Shown here: in pieces, positions 1 through 8,950 of the stretch
Layout: each line of letters opens with the position of its first letter
How positions within the stretch are numbered: position 1 is the stretch's first letter
Assembly (NCBI GenBank): GCA_041946735.1
Contig: JBHGAY010000002.1
Coordinates: forward strand, 102,368-166,367
Source of the DNA: Candidatus Eiseniibacteriota bacterium
GTDB taxonomy: Bacteria; Eisenbacteria; RBG-16-71-46; CAIMUX01; VGJL01
Reading direction: 5' to 3'
Length of the DNA: 64,000 nucleotides
Made by a program: the position numbers and the translations under genes
The notes under the pieces: generated by a model
The model's input: only the letters and a program-made list of their open reading frames with translations
Database searches by the model: none
What the model was told of the DNA's origin: nothing

Positions 1-725
1 GCGCGGCTCGCGCCGACCGCGCCGCCGAGCGCCTCGGCGAGATCGCGGACGAGCGCGAAGTTCTCGGGCGACTTCAAGCCACGGCCTCCGGAGACGATCA
101 CCTCCGCCTCGGTGAGATCGACCGCCTGCCCCTCGGAGGCGACGACGTCGACGACGCGCACGCGCGAGGCGAGCGGATCGGCGGGGGCGGGAATCGCGTT
201 CGTCGCCCCGGCGCGACCCGGCTCGCTCGGCGCGGCGGTCACCGCGCCCGGCCGGACCGTCACGACGTAGGGCGGCTGCCCCTTCGTCTCCTGGTTCGCG
301 AAGAGCTTGCCGCCGTAGACCGACTTGCGCGCGCGCACCCGGCCGTCGGCCGTCGCCGCCACCTCGATCGCTTCGGCGATCCAAGGGCGGCCGATGCGGG
401 CCGCGAAGCGCGGGGCGAGGTCGCGTCCCATCGCGGTTGCGGGAAGGAGGACCAGCGAGGCGCCGGACGCTTCGAGCGCCGCCTTCAGCGCCGCCGGATA
501 GCCGGTCGGGTGGTAGCGGCGGTAGCTGGGATCCTCGACGACATGGACCGTGTCGGCGCCGGCCGCGAAGAGATCGCCGGCGAGGCTGGCGACGCCGTCG
601 CCGAGGAGCGCCGCATGCACCTTCCCGCCGCCGGCGAGCTGGCGGGCGAGAGTCAGGCACTCGAAAGCGCTCCTCTTGAAGGCTCCCTCGCGCTGCTCGG
701 CGAAGACCAGGACGTCGAAACCCAT
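1..725 (-). CDS. etfA: electron transfer flavoprotein alpha subunit, N-terminal ~241 aa; the 3' end runs past the window start
   Basis: The minus-strand ATG at 725-723 reads MGFDVLVFAEQREGAFKRSAFE. A GGGAGG RBS lies at 737-732, directly downstream of etfB. The ORF is absent from the track because it has no stop inside the window. Confidence 0.75.
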   Translation of the reverse strand, partial: MGFDVLVFAEQREGAFKRSAFECLTLARQLAGGGKVHAALLGDGVASLAGDLFAAGADTVHVVEDPSYRRYHPTGYPAALKAALEASGASLVLLPATAMGRDLAPRFAARIGRPWIAEAIEVAATADGRVRARKSVYGGKLFANQETKGQPPYVVTVRPGAVTAAPSEPGRAGATNAIPAPADPLASRVRVVDVVASEGQAVDLTEAEVIVSGGRGLKSPENFALVRDLAEALGGAVGASR

Positions 726-745
726 CCGCTGCCTCCCTGCCTGCC

Positions 746-1537
746 CTACAGCAGCTTGCGCTCCTCGCGGAGCGCCTTGAGCACCGCGAGGACCGACTCG
801 CGTGCGTCCCCCTGCAGCTTCTTCCCTTCGGCGCGCGGCGGAATCGGCTCGAGCGCGACGGTCTCGAGCTGCGCGCCCGACGGTCCCAGCGCGTCGGCTC
901 CCTGGCCGAGAGAGGCGGGATCGACCGCCTCGATCGGCTTCTTCTTCGCCTTCATGATGCCGGGCAGGGAGGGATAGCGAGGCTCGTTGAGCCCCTTGTT
1001 CGCGGTCAGCACGGCGGGAAGCTCGACCTCGACGAGCTCCGCCGCGTTCTCGATCTCGCGGCGCGCGCGGAGGCGCTTCTCGTCGGTCCACACGATCTCG
1101 GTGACCGCCGAGACGTGGGGCATCCCCAGCTCTTCAGCGAGGGCGACGGCGACTCCGTGGTTCTCGACGTCGATCGAGACCTTGCCGGCGAGGACGAGAT
1201 CGGCCTGGAGCGGCCGGATCACGCCGGCCAGGATGCGGGCGGTCTGCAGGTCGTCGCCCCCGAGGAGCGAGTCGTCCTTGACGATCAGCGCCCGGTCGGC
1301 GCCGAGGGCGAGGCAGGTGCGCAGCGCCTCCTCCGCCTTGGCCGGACCAATCGAGAGGACGGTGATCGTCGATCCCGCGAAACGGTCCCGGATCCGCAGC
1401 GCCTCCTCGATCGCGTACTCGTCGTAGGGGTTGACGACCATCTCCGCGCTGGCGCGGTCGATCGACTTGCCGTCCGGAGCGATCTGCACGCGGGCCTCCG
1501 AGCTGGGGACCTGCTTCACGCAGACCACGATGTTCAT
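746..1537 (-). CDS. etfB: electron transfer flavoprotein beta subunit
   Basis: A 263-aa ORF reading MNIVVCVKQVPSSEARVQIAPDGKSIDRASAEMVVNPYDEYAIEEALRIRDRF, which is the typical EtfB N-terminus and length. Confidence 0.9.
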   Translation of the reverse strand: MNIVVCVKQVPSSEARVQIAPDGKSIDRASAEMVVNPYDEYAIEEALRIRDRFAGSTITVLSIGPAKAEEALRTCLALGADRALIVKDDSLLGGDDLQTARILAGVIRPLQADLVLAGKVSIDVENHGVAVALAEELGMPHVSAVTEIVWTDEKRLRARREIENAAELVEVELPAVLTANKGLNEPRYPSLPGIMKAKKKPIEAVDPASLGQGADALGPSGAQLETVALEPIPPRAEGKKLQGDARESVLAVLKALREERKLL

Positions 1538-1758
1538 CGAGCCTCCCGGTCGCTACCCGGACCGAACCGATCCGGCTCCCAATGGATCTCCCTCCCCGGA
1601 ACGACGAAAAACGCCTCCCGGTCCCCGAAGCCTGCTGGAAATCGGAACGGGGAATGGATCGAGTGGACGGTATCAGAGCATTTCACGGAGGGGCAAGACG
1701 AAATGGCCCGCCGGGAAGGGGGCGGCCGGACGCCCACGCGGGCCTGGAACAAGGGAAA

Positions 1759-2691
1759 CTACCGCCCTTCGGCCCCCTCCTGGAGGATCCGGACCAGCTC
1801 CCGGTCGGTCAGGCGGCGGAAGCTCGCCGGTTTGGGCAAGCGGAAACGCCCCGGATCGGTCCCCGGGTCGGGGCCGGCGGCGGTGAGCCTCGCGTCTACG
1901 CGGAGCGAGGGGCGCATCGCCTCGATCCGCAGCGACCGGGGCAGGTCGATCCCGTTCGTGGAGCGGAAGGCGGCTCTCTCGATCCGGATCGCGACGCCGC
2001 CGTCCCGGTCCGGGATCTCGATCGTGTCGATCCGCTCCCCCTGGCCGGTCAGGACGAGGCGCGGCGCGGGGGCCCCCGCGGCCCCGTCCTCCGCCATGGC
2101 CCCGGCCCCGGGGCCCGCCCCGGCCCCGGCCCCCGCCGGGCCCCAGGCTGCGGAGAGCTTCCAGGGGTCGCCGGCCTTCTCGAGCACCGGGTCGCGAAGT
2201 TGCGCGACCAGCGGGGAGGGGCAGAGCAGCCAGAGCAGAGCGGCCGAAGCGATCGAGACGTCCTCGCCCCCCGGGCTGCCGCCCGGGCTGCCACCCGCCC
2301 GGCCGCCGGCCGACCAGTACGCCTTCTTTTGCGGCAGGCTCACGAAGGCCGAATCTCCGCGCAGGACGATCGAAGCCAGCGGCACGAAGGCGCCGAAGCG
2401 CAACTGCAGCCGGGCCTGGTCCGGCCAGGCGGCGCGGAGCGCCCCGTCCAGGCGCACCGGGCTTCCCTCCGCCGGGACGATCCGCAGGTCGAGGTTGGCG
2501 GCGAGGTCCGCCGGACAGGGGCGCGCGGCCAGGATCTCGGCGAGCCGCCGTCCCCCTTCCGCGCCCGTCTCGAGTTGCGGCAGGCGCGGCGCCCGCGCGG
2601 CGCAGCCCGCCAGGACCGCGGCCGTGGCGAAGAGGATCGCGAAGCGGATCGACGTCGACGACTTCGAGCGGATCGGCCTCCGCGACTGCAA
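1759..2691 (-). CDS. putative lipoprotein of unknown function
   Basis: A signal peptide with lipobox (IRFAILFATAAVLAGC) is embedded in the long ORF 1759..3246. The start is probably the TTG at 2691 and is uncertain. There are no recognisable catalytic motifs. Confidence 0.5.
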   Translation of the reverse strand: MQSRRPIRSKSSTSIRFAILFATAAVLAGCAARAPRLPQLETGAEGGRRLAEILAARPCPADLAANLDLRIVPAEGSPVRLDGALRAAWPDQARLQLRFGAFVPLASIVLRGDSAFVSLPQKKAYWSAGGRAGGSPGGSPGGEDVSIASAALLWLLCPSPLVAQLRDPVLEKAGDPWKLSAAWGPAGAGAGAGPGAGAMAEDGAAGAPAPRLVLTGQGERIDTIEIPDRDGGVAIRIERAAFRSTNGIDLPRSLRIEAMRPSLRVDARLTAAGPDPGTDPGRFRLPKPASFRRLTDRELVRILQEGAEGR

Positions 2692-2711
2692 GCGGATCGA
2701 CGTCGACGACT

Positions 2712-3101
2712 TCAAGCGGACGGGAACTCCGAAGGGCTGCGGCCGATCGCCACGATCGAGCACGCCTCGATCGGGTTCATCCCGAGCGACTCGATCTTGG
2801 CGATCAGCTCGGGGCTTCCGGCTCCCGGGTTCACGTAGACGTCCCGCACCCCCTTCGCCGGTGCCTGCTCGACGACCGAGAGGCCGTTCTTCGGCGGGAC
2901 GTAGAGGCTCATCCAGGCGGCGCGACCGGGGACATCGGCCACGGTGGGCGAGCAGGGAAGCCCCTCGACCTCCCGGTCGATCGGATGGACCGGGTAGACG
3001 ATCCAGCCCAGCTCCTTGTAGGCGCGGACCGCCTTGTTCGCGAAGCGGTCGCGCTTGTGCGACGCCCCGACGATGATGATGCTCCTCTCCTCCAGATCCA
3101 T
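2712..3101 (-). CDS. CoA-binding domain protein (YccU/YneT-like)
   Basis: The protein begins MDLEERSIIIVGASHKRDRFANKAVRAYKELGWIVYPVHP, with the CoA-binding-fold motif IVGAS...YPVNP-like. ATG at 3101 with a GGGAGG RBS at 3112-3107. Confidence 0.8.
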   Translation of the reverse strand: MDLEERSIIIVGASHKRDRFANKAVRAYKELGWIVYPVHPIDREVEGLPCSPTVADVPGRAAWMSLYVPPKNGLSVVEQAPAKGVRDVYVNPGAGSPELIAKIESLGMNPIEACSIVAIGRSPSEFPSA

Positions 3102-3324
3102 CGCATCCTCCCGTGCGGCCGGCCGGGCCGCCGCCCCTTGCGCGTTCGCGCCGTGCTCGCCCACACTGGCGGTTCGCGCCGTGCTCGCCCGCGCTGCCCG
3201 CACATGGGCGCCGGGCGGTCCAAGCCGCGCAGGGCGGCGTCCCCACCTCGTCCGAGCCTAGACGAGACGGGAGGGTCTGTCACCTCGGGCGGATTCCGGC
3301 GGCGAAGGAGGAGAACCGGCAACG

Positions 3325-4014
3325 ATGCGGCTGCGCGACTGGCAAGCGGCGGCGACCCTCGAGGAGCTGCAAGCGCTCCTTCTCGACGGGCCCTCTCTCT
3401 TCCCGCCGGATCGTCCCGCGCTCGACGCTCCCTTCGATGCCGTGCCGTTCTGCTTCTTCGACGTCGAGACGACGGGACTCGACCCCGAGCGCGGCGACCG
3501 GATCGTCGAGATCGCGGCTGTTCGGATCGATCCCGGCGGCCGCGAGCGGCGCCACGTCGAGATCCTCGATCCGCGCCGCGACATCCCCGACGAGGTGCGC
3601 GCGATCCATGCGATCCGCCCCGAGCAGGTGCGGTCGTGCCGGCGCTTCGCCGCGGGGCGCGACGAGATCCTCTCGCTCTTCGACGGCGCCGTGGCGGTCG
3701 GACACAACGTCGGCTTCGATCTTCGCTTCCTGAGGTGGGAGCTGCGCCGCGCCGGCGCGGATCTCCCGCCGCTGCGGGTGCTCGACACGTGGTGCCTCGC
3801 GCGCCGCTGGTGCCACTTGCGCAGCTACTCGCTCGAATCGGTCGCGCGGCATCTGGAGATCTCCCCGCGCGATCTGCACAAGGCTCTGGACGACGTCCTG
3901 ACGACGCGCGCGGTTCTCGAGCGGCTCGCGCCGCGCATCGAGCCGCCCGCCGCGCGGCTCGTCGATCTTCTGAATGCGATGCTGGCGCCGCTTCCCGAGA
4001 GCGTGAAGGAGTGA
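3325..4014 (+). CDS. DEDDh 3'-5' exonuclease, DnaQ / DNA polymerase III epsilon-like
   Basis: Exo motifs are present: I is FFDVETTGLD, II is VGHNVGFDLRFL, III is HKALDDV. An AAGGAGGAG RBS lies upstream of the ATG at 3325. Confidence 0.85.
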   Translation: MRLRDWQAAATLEELQALLLDGPSLFPPDRPALDAPFDAVPFCFFDVETTGLDPERGDRIVEIAAVRIDPGGRERRHVEILDPRRDIPDEVRAIHAIRPEQVRSCRRFAAGRDEILSLFDGAVAVGHNVGFDLRFLRWELRRAGADLPPLRVLDTWCLARRWCHLRSYSLESVARHLEISPRDLHKALDDVLTTRAVLERLAPRIEPPAARLVDLLNAMLAPLPESVKE

Positions 4015-4086
4015 CCCGGACGGGGAGGGGACGGAGTGATGGCGGTGGCGGAGTGACGGCGGTGAAGAAGTGACGAGGGGGAAGGA

Positions 4087-5241
4087 GTGACGGTGGATCC
4101 GCGGATCGGATGGACGAGCTGGGTCGAAGTGGAAGAGAAGGCGATCGTCGCGAATCTTGCGTCGTTCCGCCACCGCCTCGCGCCCGGCGCCGCGCTGATG
4201 GCGGTCGTGAAGAGCAACGGCTACGGCCACGGGATGGAAGAGGTCGCGCGGATCGCGGCGGCTCACGGAGCCGACGCGTTCGGCGTGCACACGGTCGCCG
4301 AGGCGGAGAGGCTCGGGCGGCTCGGACTCGGCAAGCCGGTCATCATCCTCGGATACACGGCGCGGGCGGAGGCGGAGCGACTCGTCGCGAGCGGCGCGGA
4401 GGCCACCGTCTACAACGTCGAGACGCTCGAGGCGCTGTCGGCGGCCGCGAGCGCGCGCGGCGCGGTCGTCCGCTGCCACGTCAAGGTCGAGACGGGCGTG
4501 CAGCGCCAGGGGATCTTCCTCGAGGATCTCGAGCCGTTCCTCGCGCGCCTCGCCTCGCTGCCGGGGCTCGCGCTCGCCGGAGTCTCCACGCACTTCGCCA
4601 ACATCGAGGACACGACCGACCACTCCTACGCGCGCCGCCAGCTCGCGATCTTCCGCGAAGCGGCTGAGCGCGTGCGTGCGCGCGCGCCCGAGGCGCTCCG
4701 TCACTGCGCCTGCTCGGCGGCGGTGCTGACGATGCGCGAGACGCTCTTCGACATGGTGCGCGTCGGGATCGGCCTCTACGGCATCTGGCCGTCGCGCGAG
4801 ACGCTGCTGTCGTGCCGGATGGCGGGAGAGGACGAGATGCCGCTGCGCCCCGCCCTGTCGTGGAAGGCGCGGCTCGCCCAGGTGAAGCTCGTGCCGGGGG
4901 GGGCGTACGTCGGGTACGGCTGCACCCACCGCACGACCCGGCCGACGCGGGTCGGCGTGATTCCGATCGGCTACGCGGACGGCTACGACCGCGGCCTTTC
5001 CGGGATCGCGCACGTGCTCGTGCGCGGCCGGCGCGCGCCGGTCCTCGGCCGCATCTGCATGAACCTCTTCATGGTCGACGTGACCGACATCGAGGGCGTC
5101 GGGCTCGAGGAGGAGGTGGTCCTGATCGGACGGCAGGACGGGGAGCAGGTGACCGCGGCCGACCTGGCCTCGCTGTGCAACACGATCGCCTACGAGATCG
5201 TGGCCCGCATCGGACCGCATCTGCCTCGGATCGTCGTGTAA
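4087..5241 (+). CDS. alr: alanine racemase
   Basis: The PLP-binding motif AVVKSNGYGHG is present and the length (~384 aa) fits. The GTG start at 4087 directly abuts the GAAGGA; the alternative GTG at 4093 has better spacing. Confidence 0.9.
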   Translation: MTVDPRIGWTSWVEVEEKAIVANLASFRHRLAPGAALMAVVKSNGYGHGMEEVARIAAAHGADAFGVHTVAEAERLGRLGLGKPVIILGYTARAEAERLVASGAEATVYNVETLEALSAAASARGAVVRCHVKVETGVQRQGIFLEDLEPFLARLASLPGLALAGVSTHFANIEDTTDHSYARRQLAIFREAAERVRARAPEALRHCACSAAVLTMRETLFDMVRVGIGLYGIWPSRETLLSCRMAGEDEMPLRPALSWKARLAQVKLVPGGAYVGYGCTHRTTRPTRVGVIPIGYADGYDRGLSGIAHVLVRGRRAPVLGRICMNLFMVDVTDIEGVGLEEEVVLIGRQDGEQVTAADLASLCNTIAYEIVARIGPHLPRIVV

Positions 5242-5286
5242 CGACGCGTAGCGTCGCCGTTCCGGTCCGGTCGGCTCCCCCGCGCC

Positions 5287-5560
5287 GTCGAATGCGGCAT
5301 CGAGCTTCCCGAACGGCGTTCGACCGGCGAGGCACGTGGCATCGACCTTCCCGCTTCGCTTTCGACCGCGGTCGGATGCAACGCCCACGTTCCCCGGCCG
5401 CGTTCGACCGGCGCCGCACGTCGCATCGACGTTTCCGGTACGCTCTCGCCCGCGGTCGGATGCGGCGCCCACGTTCCCCGGCCGCATTCGACCGCAGGAG
5501 AACGTCGAGGCGACCTTTCGGATCTGCATTTTCCGGGCAGAAAACGTCGAGGCGAGCCTT
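5287..5560. repeat. degenerate tandem repeat with an 84-bp period, about 3 copies, in the alr-downstream intergenic region
   Basis: Units at 5317-5400 and 5401-5484 are ~85% identical (cgttcgaccggcg..gcacgt.gcatcgac...gtcggatgc..cgcccacgttccccggccg). Partial copies flank them. Confidence 0.8.
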
Positions 5561-5788
5561 GCCGGTCCGAAGCTCCGCCGGGAGGAAGCGCGGGCGAGAG
5601 CCCGGACCGGCACGCTTCAGGCAGAAACTGCGGGACTGCCCGCGCCCCCTGCTGGTATCCTCATTTCGCCGAAATGAGAGAGGGACTCGGTCCGGCCGCG
5701 ACCGTATCCCGGTCCTCGATCGGAGCGCGGAGACCTGCTCCGCCTCCCGGCCGCTCAGGCCCCGCTCCCCGGCAGACGGAGGTCGCCT

Positions 5789-8431
5789 ATGTCTTGCGCG
5801 CGCCACGGTGCGATCGTCGCGTTCCCCGTCCTCGCCTTGCTGCTCCTCGTCTTCGCCGCTCTGGCCGATCCTCCCCCGATCTCGCAGGAAACAGGCCTCG
5901 ACCACGGCTTCCGGTACTCCTACGACGCGACCATGGCGATGGCGGCGTCGGCCGCCCTCAGCGACTCCTCCGTCCTCTTCTGCTGGAGCGAGGACTCCCA
6001 CGTGATGGCGATCCCGTTCGGCAGGAGCGGGGAATCGATTGGAGGCAACCGCACGGTCCTGTTCGAGGGATCCTATCCGGACCTCTCGTCGCCGGATGCG
6101 AGCGGCTGGAAGATCGCGGCGCGCGGCGGGGGCACTCTCCACGTCCGCAACCTCGATCCCGCCTCGCTCGCGACGACGATCGACCGCACGATCGGGACGA
6201 CGCCGGGCGCGGCGATCGAGAACCCGGAGATCGCGAAGATCGGCGACGCGCACGTCGTCGCCTGGCAGGAAGCGGCGGGCTCGACGTACGCGTTGCGTAT
6301 GCAGCGCTTCGACTCGCTCCTCGAGCCTCTCGATCCCGAGCCGATCGACCTCGGTCCGTGCAGCGAGCGGACCTGCGATCTCGCGTCGACGGACAGCGGC
6401 GGAATCCTGATCTACGTCGATGGTGCCGGGGAGGCGGCGGTTCGGCTCCTCGGAGCGGACGGCCTCCCAGCCGGCGATCCGCGCCCGCTCGACGCTACAG
6501 AGACGTACGATCCCGAAGTGGCGGCGTGCCCCTGCGGGGATGGATGGTTCGTCGCCTGGAGCCGCACGTCCGGGATCGGCGCCGCTTTCCTCGCGGCGGA
6601 CGGCTCCCTCCTGGCTCCGGGGATCCTCGGCCTCTCTCCGTACCCGGACTACGGCATGTCCGCATCCGAGGATGCGGAAGGCGGCGTGCTCCTCGCGTAT
6701 CGCGAGGACGGCTACGCCATCTGGGCGCAACGTCTGCGGGCGGGAGTGGGAGCGGTCGGAAACCCGCTCATCCTCTCCGGCGACGCGCCGTACCTGGCGT
6801 TCGGCTTTCCAATGGATCTCCGGGAAGTGGCGTGCGCGTGGACAGGCGAATGCTTCGCCGTCGCGTGGACCAGCTATCACGACCCGCCCGTCGGCGGCGA
6901 TCGTCGCGAGGGCGGTGGCGCGCGGGATCGCAACTGGTTCGGCGCCTTCCCGGTCTACTCCCAGTGGGTAGCGCCGGACGGCGGGTTGCTGTACGGCAAT
7001 CCGTTCCCGATCAACGTGCTGAGCTCGCCGGCCGAGGCGACCGTCGTTCGTCACCGGGACACGTCCCTCGCGATCGTACGGGACGGGATGCGGGGCGAAT
7101 GGCTGCACACGCTCGTCCTCGGCCCCGAGGGCGGCGTCATCGAGACCCCCGCGCGTTACCGCACCGCCGCGGAGCCGGACGACTGCGAGCTGTGGGATTG
7201 TGAAACGTGGAGTATCGATCAATTGGCCGCAGCTCGAGACGGGACGGGCGCGGCGGTCGGCTACCGGCTGCGCACTCACTTTTCGAACGAGTACTACGAG
7301 ATGGACGCGGCCTATCTCGTGATCGATCGCCTTGCGGCGGACGGCTCGTTCCTCGATCGCGCTTCGAGCTCCCTCTACATCGGAAACAGCGAGCTTACGT
7401 CCTTCGCGATCGTCCCGATCAACGAGACGCGCATCCTCGGGGCGTACACGGCCGACGATTGGGGCGGCCGCGCACCCGAGAGCGGCTACGTGCAGCTCCT
7501 CGACTGGAGCACCGGCGAGCCGATGGCGAGCTGGCGCCTTCATCGGGAGGACAACTTGACTCCGGTGACGGGAATCACCGCAGCGCCCCTTCCCGGCGGC
7601 ACGCGGTTCCTGATCGCCTGGAACGAGGGCGGCGCGCTGCGCGCGGGCGTTCTCGACCTCGACGATCCTCCGGACGAGATCGTCGGCGCCGTCGTGCCTC
7701 CATCTGCGCCTCTCGCCGGCCGCCCGCGGCTGATCGCCGGTGAGAGTCAGGTTCTCTGCGCGTATCCGGCCGAGCGGGCCGATGGGTCGGACATCGAGGC
7801 GGTACGCTTCGACGCGCAGGGCGAGCCGATCGACGCGACGCCGATCGTCCTCTGCGGGATCGCCGGATCCCAAGGGAACGTGGACGGCACGTGGGACGGG
7901 GACCGCTGGCTCGTCACCTGGTCGACCACGGGCTACGGCGTCCCCCACGAGCTGCGTGGCAACCGCGTCGATCCGGCCGGGGTCGCTCTCGATGGCGACG
8001 GCTTCGCGATTGCGCCGGACATCCGGGTCCCCGCGAGCGTCTCCTCGGACGGCGGCGGCCTCGTTTCGCTCGTCCACAGCGCGCGGCGCTTCCTCTGGAT
8101 CGACGATACGGAGGGATCGTCCGCCGTGGAGGAGCAGGCGACGGCTGCGCTCTCGCTCTCGGGCGTGCGCCTGGGCCCGAGCCCGACGACCGGGACGGTG
8201 CGCCTCGCCGCGCCGCTCGCCAGCGGCACGCGCGCGAAGGTCACGATCGTCGACGCGGGCGGGCGTGTCGTGGCGGTGCGCGCCCTCGACGGCTCGGGCG
8301 GCCTCGATGCACGCCTGCTCTGGGACGGCCGGCGTGACGACGGCACACGCGCTCCCGCCGGGCTGTACCTGGTCCGGATCGAGTCGCCGGAAGGCGCGGC
8401 GACGGCGCGGAAGATCTTGCTCGTCCGCTAA
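5789..8431 (+). CDS. secreted repeat (β-propeller-like) protein with a T9SS-type C-terminal sorting domain
   Basis: Signal peptide MSCARHGAIVAFPVLALLLLVFAALA. Recurring hhAW blade-like motifs (VVAWQEA, FVAWSRT, AVAWTSY, LIAWNEG, LVTWSTT). The C-terminus is ...LLWDGRRDDGTRAPAGLYLVRIESPEGAATARKILLVR. GGAGG RBS. Confidence 0.75.
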   Translation: MSCARHGAIVAFPVLALLLLVFAALADPPPISQETGLDHGFRYSYDATMAMAASAALSDSSVLFCWSEDSHVMAIPFGRSGESIGGNRTVLFEGSYPDLSSPDASGWKIAARGGGTLHVRNLDPASLATTIDRTIGTTPGAAIENPEIAKIGDAHVVAWQEAAGSTYALRMQRFDSLLEPLDPEPIDLGPCSERTCDLASTDSGGILIYVDGAGEAAVRLLGADGLPAGDPRPLDATETYDPEVAACPCGDGWFVAWSRTSGIGAAFLAADGSLLAPGILGLSPYPDYGMSASEDAEGGVLLAYREDGYAIWAQRLRAGVGAVGNPLILSGDAPYLAFGFPMDLREVACAWTGECFAVAWTSYHDPPVGGDRREGGGARDRNWFGAFPVYSQWVAPDGGLLYGNPFPINVLSSPAEATVVRHRDTSLAIVRDGMRGEWLHTLVLGPEGGVIETPARYRTAAEPDDCELWDCETWSIDQLAAARDGTGAAVGYRLRTHFSNEYYEMDAAYLVIDRLAADGSFLDRASSSLYIGNSELTSFAIVPINETRILGAYTADDWGGRAPESGYVQLLDWSTGEPMASWRLHREDNLTPVTGITAAPLPGGTRFLIAWNEGGALRAGVLDLDDPPDEIVGAVVPPSAPLAGRPRLIAGESQVLCAYPAERADGSDIEAVRFDAQGEPIDATPIVLCGIAGSQGNVDGTWDGDRWLVTWSTTGYGVPHELRGNRVDPAGVALDGDGFAIAPDIRVPASVSSDGGGLVSLVHSARRFLWIDDTEGSSAVEEQATAALSLSGVRLGPSPTTGTVRLAAPLASGTRAKVTIVDAGGRVVAVRALDGSGGLDARLLWDGRRDDGTRAPAGLYLVRIESPEGAATARKILLVR

Positions 8432-8466
8432 CAGGACGATCCGCCTCGCCGCGCCGCTTGCGGCGG

Positions 8467-8507
8467 AGACGGCGGCGGTCGGCTCGCGTGGCCGGCCGCC
8501 GCCGTCT
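8467..8507. terminator. bidirectional hairpin between convergent genes
   Basis: A 12-bp perfect stem (agacggcggcgg / ccgccgccgtct) with a 17-nt loop, 36 nt after the stop at 8431 and 9 nt after the csaA stop. There is no clear U-tract. Confidence 0.45.
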
Positions 8508-8515
8508 TGCTGCGA

Positions 8516-8950
8516 TCAGTGGATCGCGGAGCCGGGCGGCACCTCGCGAAGCGGCGTCAGGATCGAGACGGTGCCGGCGCCGCTCGCCGCGAGCAGCATC
8601 CCTTGCGACCACTCGCCGCGCAGCTTCGCCGGCTTCAGGTTCGCGACGACGACGATCGACTTCCCTTCCAGCTCCTCCGGCTGATACCAGGGCGCGATTC
8701 CCGCGACGATCTGACGCTCGCCGCCCCCCTCGGGCCCGAGGTCGATCGCGATCTTCAAAAGCTTCTCGGCGTTCGGGTGCCGCTCGACGCGCACGACCCG
8801 CGCCACGCGCAGGTCGAGCTTGCCGAACTCCTCGATGTCGATCTCGGGCTTGCCTTCCGCCGGGCGGGTCTCGCCGGCCCCCTGCGGAGCGCCGGTTCCC
8901 TGCGGAGCGCCGGTCGCGGGCGGACGGGCCTCCTCGTTCTCGCTGCTCAT
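8516..8950 (-). CDS. csaA: tRNA-binding protein (CsaA/Trbp111 EMAP-type domain)
   Basis: LDLRVARVVRVERHPNAEKLLKIAIDLGPEGGGERQIVAGIA is the classic tRNA-binding OB-fold motif. The ATG at 8950 overlaps the upstream GT2 stop (ATGA). GGAGGA RBS. Confidence 0.85.
   Translation of the reverse strand: MSSENEEARPPATGAPQGTGAPQGAGETRPAEGKPEIDIEEFGKLDLRVARVVRVERHPNAEKLLKIAIDLGPEGGGERQIVAGIAPWYQPEELEGKSIVVVANLKPAKLRGEWSQGMLLAASGAGTVSILTPLREVPPGSAIH

Noticed and set aside
5287-5560. CRISPR array?
   Set aside because: The repeats are contiguous 84-bp units with no unique spacers, and no cas genes are nearby.
3280-5613. A 777-aa minus-strand ORF
   Set aside because: It is antisense to the dnaQ-like and alr genes, which have catalytic motifs. 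It has no motifs and junk composition.
5069-8077. A 1002-aa minus-strand ORF
   Set aside because: It is antisense to the well-supported secreted-protein gene 5789..8431 (signal peptide, RBS, C-terminal sorting domain). Its composition is Arg/Ala/Gly/Pro-rich, typical of wrong-frame translation in 70% GC DNA.
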